NCBI GenBank assembly: GCA_963842525.1
Contig: CAWJGT010000009.1
Span: 1,408,001 to 1,472,000, forward strand
DNA from: an uncultured Holophagales bacterium
GTDB lineage: Bacteria; Acidobacteriota; Thermoanaerobaculia; Multivoradales; UBA5704
Direction of reading: 5' to 3'
DNA length: 64,000 nt
Every line of letters starts with the position of its first letter. Position 1 is the first letter of the stretch. Both the position numbers and the translations under genes were made by a program. Shown piece by piece: positions 42,392-52,500 of this stretch. Below the pieces are notes generated by a model. That model was not told the origin of the DNA, searched no databases, and saw only the letters and a list, made by a program, of their open reading frames with translations.

Positions 42392-45300
42392 CTACTCGAA
42401 TTTCGCAGTATCATCCAACTGGGGCGAGGGGTTCGGCTCTCTTGTGTATCTGAGCAGTAGCGGGTGACCGGGAAACGCCTTGGCAGCCTCATCCCAGGCC
42501 GATGCAGTGCCCTCCTCGAGGAGGCTGCGCAAGAACTCGTCGATAGAGAGATCCGAGAAAGGTGAGACAGTTCTGTGGGCAGGCTCGGTCAGGAACCAGA
42601 GGGTCATGTTGCCTGCCAGGCTCTCTATCGATGGTGAGCCTAGGGCGCGACGGAGATCCTTGCGCCGTGGGACTGGATCGGTGACGGGAACTGGCCTGTT
42701 CTCCTCGGTTATCTCATAGCCTCCAAGAAATTCTGCGAGCCCTGCCAGTTTTTCAGCTTCCCGGGTGGAGAAGACGGGAACGGGCGCAGCCCATATGCCA
42801 TCGGCGGCGGCGACCCAGATGACCCGACCGTCAGAGCTGAAGAGAACATTCTTGAAGGTCGGGAAATCAAAGTTAGCAAGCACCTGTCCCGTGGCAAGGT
42901 CCCAGAGCTGCATTGGTGCGGCAAGAAGAACACGGCGGCCATCTGGACTAAAAAATCCGCCCTGGGAACCATCCACCTGGAACGGCTCAGCGATGGGCTT
43001 CACCGTCTCCATGTCCCAGGCGGTCAGGGCCGTGGTGGTCAGCGTTGACAAGTGGCGGAGCTTTGGATCGAATTCGACTTGGACGACGGAGGCCGGATGC
43101 AGCATCGCCCCGGCAACCTTCTTACCATTGGTACTATCCCAGATCATCACAGCACCTTCCGTAGTGCCGGTAGCAACCCAGAGTCCATCTGGACTCACGG
43201 ATATTGCTGGCGGATCCGGGTTGTATTGTCGCCGCTCGGAACCGAACCGAAGTGGAGGTCCCAGTGGCTTTCCGGTCCGAGTCTCCCAGATGCGGGCCGT
43301 ATCTTCCGACGCCGTCAAGAGACGCGTCCCATCGGAACTGAGCTGCATCCTCAAGATAGAAGGGGCGTGGTGGATTGTCACAGGAAGCGGTCGGCCGCTA
43401 ACAACCTCCCAGCTCTGTACCTGATCGTCGGTCGCAACGGCGAGGATGCCTCCTGTGCAAGCGAAGGCGCTTCCTTCCCGGTCGAGCGCTACAAGAGGTC
43501 CCTGGATGTCTCCTCGTCGGAGATCAAAGAAACCTACGCTTCTGCCGGATGTTGCTACAACAGTTTTGCCATCATTACAGAACGCAACCGGCCTCGCCGC
43601 TGTGGCGCTGTTTCCAAAGGCTGCTCTGAATTTGGGGAATGAGAATAGAAAGAGCCTCCTCTGGGGGCGGACGGGCTCGGCATCCCAGGTACGAATCGTA
43701 CCGTCCTCAGACACCGTCACGACACGTCGGCTCCTGCCAATGAATTTCGCTTGCTCCACTTCGTGCCATGGCTCGGCAATGGGTGTACCAGTGCGAGTAT
43801 CCCACAGAAGGACATTGCCATGGGAGCGCGCCAGCAGGAGCTGGCCATCGGCGCTCCATTCTGTGGATGTAGAAGAAAGCAGGGATGCGATCATCTCCAT
43901 GGCAAGAGAAGAACTACGGAACTGCGAGTTTAGGGGAGAGACTTTTAAATCTCTGAAGAGGAGACGAAAGCCGGCCGGGCTGAGCTGTGGCGGTGGAAAG
44001 GAAAAGTCAAGATCAGAGGCTTTTGCCGCGAAGTCGCCGCCTGGAGTCGGAAGCTGGAACTGCCCGCGACTGGTAGGAGCCCACCAGCCATGTTCCGGCT
44101 CCTCGCGGGTCGCCGTCTGCGTAGTGAGATCGAAGATCAGCGTGCTGTTATTCCCCAGCAACAGAATTCTGCGGCTGTCCGGGCTAAACCGAAGGACATG
44201 GGCCTCGGCGGCAATGCGCATGCCCTCACGTCGATCCCCGGCGGTTGAAACGAAGTACACGCGACGAGCTGCTGCAATCGAGAGCCACTGCTCGTCAGGG
44301 CTGAAGTCAGCCATCAGGGCTAAGTCCTCGGCTCGAAAGGACGGTTTTACCGGGCGACCCGTTCGAGCATCCAGAATACGCACCAAGTCGTTCCTGTAGG
44401 TTTCAGATGTAGCTACGGCAAGGAGGCGGCCTTGACCGCCAATCGCAAGGATTCGAGCTCGGGCGCCTAGAGTGATTTCGCTCCCCACCGCCCGAAGCGA
44501 CCAGGTTTCATATACGCGAGCTGTACCAAAGCGAGAGATCATTACAAAAAATCGCCCGTTCTCACTGAATTGTACAGTCCTGTCTTCATCGTTGTGCAGC
44601 AATGCAATGGGGAAGGGCCAGGTTCGCTGAAGGAGCTGAGTGGTGAGAAGGCTTTGAGCTTCCAGGCTCTCCGGATTTCGCCGCAGGGCTCGAGCCAGAT
44701 AGGCAAGTGCTTGGTCGGCTCGATCCTTTTGTAGTAGGATTCGCGCTTCCCTGAGGTCGGCATCTGCGAGGAAGTGCCGGTTCTCGCTCTGGGCTTGGAA
44801 ACCCCAGACGAGCAGCCCAGCAATGGCGAGAACAAGGACAGCTGCCGTCGCATAGCCCCACAGCGTGCGTTTCCGGCTCTTTTGAGCCACCGCCATTGAC
44901 CTTTCGATGAACCGCACGAGGATCGGGCGTAGCGAGGCATGATCGAGAGAAAGAAGGCGAGCGGCTTGGTCGAGCGCCTTGCCGGGAGGGATCAGCAGAC
45001 TGTCATCCTGTCCCTCCTGCGCCCACCGGGCTGCATTCTGATCCAGCCAAGCTCGGAATTTCAGGAACGCCCGGTCCTCTGCGAGCCAGGCGCGGGTCCG
45101 AGGCCAATGGGTGAGCAATGCCTCGTGAGTAATACCTACGAGCGGATTTCCATCGTCTGTGGAGCCGGTGACAAAGATCCGTGCTTCTACGAAGGCTTTG
45201 ACTAGCTTTCGCATTTCATTCGTGGTAAGTGACTCGAACGACACCTGCTGTGAGACCGGCGCGAACTCGGCCTCTGGCCGCACGGTGACCAGAAGGCGGA

Positions 45301-46942
45301 GAACGTAGAATAGTGCCGCCTGGACCTCGAGTGGCTGCTGGAGGAAAATCTCCTCCGCCCGGTTCCCGATTGCTCCTTCAAGCCCTCCGAGATTTTCATA
45401 GGCCGACAACGTTAGAAGTTGCTCGGGTGTTCGCCGTTGGTAGAGCTGTTCGAGCAAGAACTCCAACAGAGGCAGGCTTTCGGGCCGCCCTACCGCCGCA
45501 TCACGCAGGACATCATCTAGCCTCTCACCCTTGTCACGGCGGTCCTCGAATTTCAGGCCTGCGGCTTCGGCTGGACGGCGGATGATCTGGCCGATGCCAG
45601 CCGCATCCGGTGGTGGCAGATGATAGAGGCCAGAGCCGGCCATGAGATCGCGGAGCCCGGAGACCTCGTCACAATGAGCATAGAAGTCACTGCGCAGGGT
45701 CGCGATCACCCAGACCCGTCCACTTGAGACGAGGGAACTCAGCGCAATGACGAGTCCCCGGCGGGCCTCCGGCGTCACCTCGGCGAGAGTAAAGATCTCC
45801 TCCATCTGGTCAACGAACAAGGCGAGTTGCGCCTCCGGTTGTCGGTCCAGACGTTGTTTGCTCTGCTCCTTGGCCGCGGCCTGCGAGAGGGCTCCCTTGA
45901 CGAGGAGGTCGGCGGCAGACGGCTCCTCCTGCAGGCGACACGCGATCCCCGCGGCTGGCGTTCCGTCTGCCGCGAGCTCGGGCAACGCGCCGGGTTGGAG
46001 CAGAGAGGCGGCCAGCCCCTCGGAGAGGTTGCCGGACGACTGGTGGGGGACGAAGAGTGCGGTCCTCCAGAGGCCTACGCCCTCAATCACTCCTGGCTCG
46101 GTGAGCAGCGGGAGGACTCCGGCCCGTACCAGCGACGATTTGCCGCTGCCGCTTGCACCGAGGACGAGCACGAACGGGTTTCCTGCGACCGCCTGGGCAC
46201 GCCATGCGTCCAGGACGTGGCTGATCTCGCGCGTCCGCCCAAAGAACACAGCGGCGTGGGCACGCTCGAAAACTTCAAGCCCGCGGAAGGGAGAGTCGCC
46301 CGTCCAGGTCGGCTGGGAAACCCGCCGGTCTTCCAGGTCCGCCGGAGGGGCACGCCGATCGAGCAACCGCCGGAGGTGCACTTCCAGGACCGCTTCGAAT
46401 TCCACCGGGCTTGCGAAGGGGTGGAAGGCGGCGCGCAGGGAGCCGTCCTCGTTTTCGCACCAGCCCTCAAGAAAGTGATCGAGAGCCTTCTTCTGCGCAA
46501 GCCGCCGCTCCGCTGCTTCAGTGTCAGCGAGGCTCACCATGGCTTCTGTAGTTTTACGGTAGACGAGGAGGTCCGGGCGACCCTGGGTTAAGCGCCAAGC
46601 CTCTGCGGCGGTCTCAAGCTCGTATTGGGTGCCGGAGTCGTACCGGCTGCCGTCCGGGCGGGTGATGTTGGGCGGCAATCGAGTGCCGAGGCGCGCCCAC
46701 AGGATGCAGACGACGATGTCCGCCTCGGCCGGAGAGGGCAACTGCGACTGGAAGTCCTGCGTTGCACTGAGCGGCTCGTGCTCCCAGAAGATGCCGGCCA
46801 GATCCGCCCGTGGTGCGAATTCGTTCTTGAGCCGCTCGATGACCCGCTCCGCGAGCACGCGCTCCTCGGCCACGTCCCCGGGTGACGAGACGAAGATCTT
46901 CAGGATGGGTTGCCGCGGGTCGAATATCTGTTCGGAATCTAT
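42392..46942 (-). CDS. TIR-like (DUF4062-type) domain - STAND (nSTAND1-like) NTPase - TM - WD40 protein
   Basis: KIFVSSPGDVAEER, SGTQYE, SPFRGL..F....A.VFFGR, GASGSGKSS, VDQMEE, TLRSDF, HEALL..WP, one TM helix, WD repeats. The frame is open upstream of GTG 46873 as far as ATA 46942. Confidence 0.88.
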   Translation of the reverse strand: MDSEQIFDPRQPILKIFVSSPGDVAEERVLAERVIERLKNEFAPRADLAGIFWEHEPLSATQDFQSQLPSPAEADIVVCILWARLGTRLPPNITRPDGSRYDSGTQYELETAAEAWRLTQGRPDLLVYRKTTEAMVSLADTEAAERRLAQKKALDHFLEGWCENEDGSLRAAFHPFASPVEFEAVLEVHLRRLLDRRAPPADLEDRRVSQPTWTGDSPFRGLEVFERAHAAVFFGRTREISHVLDAWRAQAVAGNPFVLVLGASGSGKSSLVRAGVLPLLTEPGVIEGVGLWRTALFVPHQSSGNLSEGLAASLLQPGALPELAADGTPAAGIACRLQEEPSAADLLVKGALSQAAAKEQSKQRLDRQPEAQLALFVDQMEEIFTLAEVTPEARRGLVIALSSLVSSGRVWVIATLRSDFYAHCDEVSGLRDLMAGSGLYHLPPPDAAGIGQIIRRPAEAAGLKFEDRRDKGERLDDVLRDAAVGRPESLPLLEFLLEQLYQRRTPEQLLTLSAYENLGGLEGAIGNRAEEIFLQQPLEVQAALFYVLRLLVTVRPEAEFAPVSQQVSFESLTTNEMRKLVKAFVEARIFVTGSTDDGNPLVGITHEALLTHWPRTRAWLAEDRAFLKFRAWLDQNAARWAQEGQDDSLLIPPGKALDQAARLLSLDHASLRPILVRFIERSMAVAQKSRKRTLWGYATAAVLVLAIAGLLVWGFQAQSENRHFLADADLREARILLQKDRADQALAYLARALRRNPESLEAQSLLTTQLLQRTWPFPIALLHNDEDRTVQFSENGRFFVMISRFGTARVYETWSLRAVGSEITLGARARILAIGGQGRLLAVATSETYRNDLVRILDARTGRPVKPSFRAEDLALMADFSPDEQWLSIAAARRVYFVSTAGDRREGMRIAAEAHVLRFSPDSRRILLLGNNSTLIFDLTTQTATREEPEHGWWAPTSRGQFQLPTPGGDFAAKASDLDFSFPPPQLSPAGFRLLFRDLKVSPLNSQFRSSSLAMEMIASLLSSTSTEWSADGQLLLARSHGNVLLWDTRTGTPIAEPWHEVEQAKFIGRSRRVVTVSEDGTIRTWDAEPVRPQRRLFLFSFPKFRAAFGNSATAARPVAFCNDGKTVVATSGRSVGFFDLRRGDIQGPLVALDREGSAFACTGGILAVATDDQVQSWEVVSGRPLPVTIHHAPSILRMQLSSDGTRLLTASEDTARIWETRTGKPLGPPLRFGSERRQYNPDPPAISVSPDGLWVATGTTEGAVMIWDSTNGKKVAGAMLHPASVVQVEFDPKLRHLSTLTTTALTAWDMETVKPIAEPFQVDGSQGGFFSPDGRRVLLAAPMQLWDLATGQVLANFDFPTFKNVLFSSDGRVIWVAAADGIWAAPVPVFSTREAEKLAGLAEFLGGYEITEENRPVPVTDPVPRRKDLRRALGSPSIESLAGNMTLWFLTEPAHRTVSPFSDLSIDEFLRSLLEEGTASAWDEAAKAFPGHPLLLRYTREPNPSPQLDDTAKFE

Positions 46943-47003
46943 GGGCTGAGGCTACGCGGGAGTCGCTACGTCTGTCAATAGGCGGATGCGCACAGCGAGA
47001 CCT

Positions 47004-47609
47004 CTACCGCCGCCGCATGACCACAGCCTCCGCGTCGCTCCCTTCCATCGCACCGAACAGGCTCTGAAGAGCAACATAAAACTCCTTGCCATTGGCGCGG
47101 GACAGCACATCGAAGCGGCGTCGGTAGGTGAGGGAGCGCTTGGCTTCATCGAGCTCCACGGTCACGACAGCCGCGCCCAACGGGCTCTCGTGACGGAGGC
47201 TCCCGCGTGAGCGTCTCGGGCTTCCAGCCTTCCGGCCAGCGGAGGGTGAGCTCCACTTCGTCGCGATCGGGGAAGGGGAAGACGATCGGCAGAACGCGGC
47301 GGTCTGCCGGGACCTGGAAGGGCTGGGTCGCAGGCCCCAGGGGACATAGCGCTTCCCCTCCTCGGTGAGGATCTTGCGGCGCACCGTGACCGTGAAGGTG
47401 GGGCGATAGGCCCGGGTCACTGGGTCGACCATGGAGAAGTTGCCTTTCCGGAACAACACCACGGCCGGCGCATTGGGATGGCCCTCGACCTGTGTCAAGG
47501 ACCGCTCCTGATCGGTGATCGGTGGCAGCTCGGGCGGTGCTCCCGCGGCCTGGCCGGCGAGCAGGAGAAAGAGGGCAGCAAGAACAAGCGGTGCGCAGGT
47601 GGAGCCCAT
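47004..47609 (-). pseudogene. Internally deleted DUF3857-type secreted protein
   Basis: Signal peptide plus PNAPAVVLF..KILTEEG joined near 47340 to a C-terminal segment (LTLRWPEGW in another frame; LTYRRRF...Y..LQSLF). Confidence 0.6.
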
Positions 47610-47638
47610 GAAGCCTCCTTCGTCGGGCACGGAAGATG

Positions 47639-47878
47639 TCTCAACGTCCTTCTGGAAAGTCCTGCGCAAGCCCTGGCCCCTCACCCCCGGCCCCTCTCCC
47701 ATCCGCCCTCCCGACCTCCGGGAGAGGGGAGCCCCCGCCCAAAAGCTTCCTGGGCAGTGCCTTTTCCCCCCTCTCCCGGGGGCTGGGGGGGCGGATGGGA
47801 GAGGGGGAGGCTAGGGGGGTGAGGGGCTCCCGGGGCCGCGATGCACTTTCCAGACACCCTCTCAACGTCCTTCTGGAA
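47639..47878. mobile_element. MITE-like palindromic element flanked by 19-bp direct repeats
   Basis: Core 47678-47825 is homologous to 4344-4490; tctcaacgtccttctggaa occurs at 47639-47657 and 47860-47878. Confidence 0.75.
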
Positions 47879-47912
47879 TGATGAGAAATCTTATTTCATT
47901 TCTCCCGTCCTC

Positions 47913-49517
47913 CTAGGTTCCGTCGCCGAGCACCGGCTCGCCGATCAGGTGCTGGACGACCGGCCGCCCATCCCCCACATGGAATGCCCGCGCACGCTCC
48001 TCAATGTCCCGGTCCGCCACGGTGACCCTCTCGTGCTGCCGGAGGTGCTCGGCCCAGGAGCTCACCAGGAAGATCTCCGTGTATCGATCAGGTGCCGCCG
48101 CGTCGTTGAAGAGCCCCCATTGCAAGGCGCCGTCGCGCAGGCGGATGCGGCGGACCTCGCGCATGGCCGCTGCGAACTCGCGGGCGCGCTGCGGATCGAT
48201 CTGATACTCGACGGTGACCAGGACAGGACCGCGGTCCGGCTCGGGGTCGTGGTGGACGATGGGAGCGGGCCACTGGCGGGACGGAGCGAGGTTGAGGCCT
48301 TCTCCGGAGCGCAGGTGGACCTTCCAGGTGAGCACCAGGCCCACGATCATGCCGGCGGCCGAAATCCATAGAGCCTGCGAGACGCCGGTACGGTCGGCGA
48401 CCAGGCCCCAGAGAGTGCTGCCGCCGGCAAGGCCGCCGAAGAAGATCAGCATGTAGACCGAGAGCGCCCGGCCGCGCACCCAGGAGGGGACGAGGGTCTG
48501 GATCGCGACGTTGAGGCTGGAGAGCAGAGCTAGCCAGGCGCCGCCGGCGAGCAGGAGGGCGACGCAGACCACCCAGAAGAGTGGGACCCAGGCCAGCACC
48601 AGCGTGGCCGCCGCGAAGACCAGGGTGGCCACGGCCACAACGCCGTCCATGGAGCTGCCACGCCGCAGGTGGGGGAGGGCGAAGGCTCCGGCTACCGCTC
48701 CGATGCCCAGACAGCCGAGGAGGAGCCCGTATCCGGCCGGTCCCTGGCGGAGCACTTCACGCGCCACCACCGGCAGCAGGGCCCAGAGCGAGCTGGCGCA
48801 GAACACGAATGAGCTGCCCCGCACGATGACCGCGATCACCTCCGGGGCATGGCGGACATAGCGGAGCCCGGTGCGCATAGCCCCCAGGAAGCGCTCGCCG
48901 GGCAGGACCGACTCGCGCGCCGGCCGCCGCCAGAAGAAGAGGACCAGCAGGACTCCCAGAAAAGACGCAGCGTTCAGGAGGAATGTGACTGCCGGTCCGG
49001 TCGCGGCTACAAGGAGGCCGCCGAGAGCCGGGCCGGCCGCGCGGGCGATATTGAAGCCGACGCTCTGAACGGTGATGGCGGCGGGCAGGTCCTCGCGCGG
49101 CACGATCTCCGGGACGATCGCCTGCCAGGCCGGCCCGTTGAGCGCCGCGCCGAGACCGAGCAGGAACGTGAAGGTCAGGAGCCCCCAGGGAGTTACGGCT
49201 CCAAACAGCGTGACCAGCCCGAGCCCGGTTGCGCAGGCAAGCATCCAGCTCTGGGTGACGAGCAGCAGCCGGCGGCGGTCCAGCACGTCGGCCAGCGCCC
49301 CGGCTGGCAGAGACAGCAGGAACATCGGCAACGACGTGGCCGCCTGGACCAGGGCCACCAGGATGTTGGACGTCGCCAGGGAGGTCATCAGCCACGCGGC
49401 GCCGACGCTCTGGAGCCAGGTGCCGACATTCGACGCCAGATTGGCGGTCCATAGCGCCCGGAACAGCGGATGTTGTAGGGGGTGCCAGGGGGAGTGGGGG
49501 CGAGCGGGCTCGCTCAC
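47913..49517 (-). CDS. MFS transporter (MFS_3 type, with C-terminal soluble domain)
   Basis: FRALW.A.LASNVGTW.Q.VGAAWLM, GALADVLDRRR, about 12 TM helices, GPVLVTVEY..RDGA..WGL..EHLRQHER; GTG overlaps the upstream stop. Confidence 0.9.
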   Translation of the reverse strand: MSEPARPHSPWHPLQHPLFRALWTANLASNVGTWLQSVGAAWLMTSLATSNILVALVQAATSLPMFLLSLPAGALADVLDRRRLLLVTQSWMLACATGLGLVTLFGAVTPWGLLTFTFLLGLGAALNGPAWQAIVPEIVPREDLPAAITVQSVGFNIARAAGPALGGLLVAATGPAVTFLLNAASFLGVLLVLFFWRRPARESVLPGERFLGAMRTGLRYVRHAPEVIAVIVRGSSFVFCASSLWALLPVVAREVLRQGPAGYGLLLGCLGIGAVAGAFALPHLRRGSSMDGVVAVATLVFAAATLVLAWVPLFWVVCVALLLAGGAWLALLSSLNVAIQTLVPSWVRGRALSVYMLIFFGGLAGGSTLWGLVADRTGVSQALWISAAGMIVGLVLTWKVHLRSGEGLNLAPSRQWPAPIVHHDPEPDRGPVLVTVEYQIDPQRAREFAAAMREVRRIRLRDGALQWGLFNDAAAPDRYTEIFLVSSWAEHLRQHERVTVADRDIEERARAFHVGDGRPVVQHLIGEPVLGDGT

Positions 49518-52500
49518 GGGAGTTCCGTCGGAGGTAGGGGCCGCGGGTGCTTGCGGAGCAGCGGGTGACCGGGGAAGGCGGCGGCGGCCTCGTCCCAGGC
49601 TTCGGGGGTGCCTTCCTCCAAGCGGCTGCGGAGGAATTCTTCCACCGTTTGTTTCAGGGCTGGCGAGATCGTCCGTTGATCGGGATCGGCGAAAAACCAC
49701 CGGATCAGGGCGGCGGCGGTGGGCTCGTCTCGCGGCGCGCCGTCCGTCTGCTGCCGCAGGGCCTCCCGGCTTGCAATGAGGTCGGCCAGCGGCACCGGCC
49801 TTGCGTCCTCGTCAAGGGTGTAGCCCCCCACGGCCTCGGCCCAGCGGGCGAGCAGCTCTCCGTCCCGGGCCGGCAGGATCGGGACGGGAAGGACGTGGAT
49901 CCCATACTGGGTCGCGATCCAGAGAAGCTGGCCATTTGGGCTCAGCCGCGCGATGGACGACTCGTGCTCAACAGGAGCCCGGAGCAGCCGGCCTGTGCGG
50001 GCGTCCATCAGCCAGACCAGATCGCCAGTTTGGATCAGCAGGCGGGCGCCATCGGGGCTCGCATGGACGGAATCGACCTCCTGCTCCAGCTCGATCTCAC
50101 TGAGCGGGCGCCCCGTCCGCGGATCCCTCACCAGGACCTTCTTGTCGCTCCAGGTCAGGAGGCGGCCCGCTTCGAATCGGACCCGGACTCGCTGCGGGTG
50201 ATGGAAAGGGCCGGCGATGCTGGCACCCGATCGAGCATCCCAGATCCGCAGATCCCCACTCTCGGTGACCGTCGCGATCCGCTCACCGTCCTCGCTGAAA
50301 TCGACCAGGTCCACGGTGCTGTCGTGGGGCATGGGCGACCCGAGAGGGTCCCCGCCGGGAACGCTCCAGAGGCGGGCTGTGCCGTCCTCGGAGCTCGTGA
50401 CGAAGCGGTCGCTTCGCGGGCTGAACTCGAGAGCCGGAGTCGAGCCCTGTGGGCCTGCCTTCAAGACGCCGGTCCGGTGGCCCGTTTCGAGATTCCAGAG
50501 ATCGATCGAGCCCGTCGTGTCCTCCAACAAGGCGAGGACCTTGCCGTCAGGACTGAGCGAGGACGCTTCCGCCTCTCGCAGCACTGCGAGCATTCCGGCG
50601 GGAGAGACCCGAGGCCAGGCAGGCAGGCCGCTGCCGGTATCCCAGACCTGCGGCCCGGCCGGGCTCGTCCGCGAGCCGCTGACCAGGCGGCGCCCATCGT
50701 GCGTGAGGAGGAGGAGACCCGTGTCCTTCTCCCCCAAAGGAATCGGGGCCCCCACCTGCCGGCCTGAGTCGGTATCCAGAAAGCGCATGCTCTCTCCGCT
50801 CCAGAGGCCCAGCCGGCTCCCATCCCGGCTGAAGAAGGCAGTCACCAGGCCCGTGCTCGCCAGCAGCTCCGTGCGGGCCGGCGCCGGCGCGAACGTCCAG
50901 AGGCGCACCACGCCGTGCTCGTCTACGGTCACGATCCGCCGAGCGCCCGCGACGAACCGGGCCGCAGCGCAATTGCAAGGGACTTCGCCGGCAAGGCTCC
51001 CGGCGAATGGGCTTACGAGAGCAATCCGCTTCGGGGACATGGCCAGGGCGAGCTGGCCGTCGCGGCTCAGCGAGACCTCGGAGACATCGTCCCCGATGTT
51101 GACCTCGGCAAGGCGCTCAAGATGGCTGAGACGCCAAACATCGATCTTGTCCAGGAGGGAGCGGGCTGTCAGGAGCCGGTCGTTCTCAGAGGTGAGCCAG
51201 AGCCGAAGCTGGGCCCTTTCGGCGCTCACGCCCGGGAGATCGCGAAGGAACCGGCCCGTGGCCGCATCCCAGAGCTTTGCTCCGAGGCCAACCGTCACGA
51301 CCCGACGGCCGTCCGCGCTGAGCGCAGCCGCATCGATGAGAACGGGTTGCTGCTCGAGGGCGGCCTGGTGACCGCTCACGAGGTCCAGGACGGTCAGGGA
51401 GTTCTCGTTGTACGCCAGGAGCTTCCGGCTGTCGGGGCTGAATTCCAGGGGTTGCTCCCTGAACCAGGCCAGTGGGATCTTGTGGGTCTTCCCTGTGTCG
51501 ACCTCACGCACGGCGAGGGGCTCGAGAGGCGGACCGACAACCAGCCAGCGTCCGTCCGGGCTCAGGGCGCCTTGGGCGTCGGCGGATTCGAGGAGCCGAG
51601 GGGTCCCTGTATCCCAGAGCTGAAGCTCTACCTTCCCCAGGATGGTGCGAATCAGGATTCTCTGACCGCCCTGACCGATGTCCACCGAGGTAATATCCTC
51701 TTTTCGCGGGATCGCGCGTCCAATCTGCCGGAACGTCTGGGAGTCCCAGACGCGGACCCGGTCGCTCTCGAACGTGACAAACTGCAGACCATCGTCGCCA
51801 AGAAAGATTTCCGTGCCTTCGGGGAACCGTTTCTCTGCGACCAACTGCAACCACCTCCTGCCGAGGAGGAGGTCGGTCAGGAGGCTCTGGGCTGGGATGC
51901 TGCCCCGGTCTGAACGCAGAGCACGGGCCAGGTAGGCGAGAGCATGAGCGGGCGAGGTGCTCTGGAGGTTCCATGCCCTCTCGACGTCTGAGCTTGCCAA
52001 TGCCTTCTGCGCCTCTTTCTCCGAGGACTGGACGCGCAAGGTCAGGACGGTCACGCCGAGGAGGAGGACGGCCATCAAGGCGGTGACGACCCGGCTCCGT
52101 CGCAGCTTCCGCCGCGACTCCCGCGCCCATTCTACCGCCTCCCGCCGCGCCGTCTCCGCCCGTTCCCGGGCCTCCCGTTCGCGCCGGCTGTCGCGGCTCT
52201 TGCGGATCACGCCGGCCAGCACGTCATGGGTCAGCTCGACGCGCTGCGCGCCGCCGCGGTCCTCGATGCGCAGCAGGCGGCGATCGGTCAGTTTGTGCAG
52301 AACCTCGCAGATCGCGGGATCGTCCTGCGCGCTCTCCAGGGCCACGGAGTCGCGGAGGCCCTTGGGGGTGAGCAGCCGCTCCTCAATGAACGTGCGTACT
52401 TCCGAGGCAAGATCGACGAGGCTGCGCTCGTAAAAGTCGGACAGGATCTCTTCCCGGTTTCCTTCGAGCAGCTCGGCGGTGATCTTCGGCAGGCTGCGAT

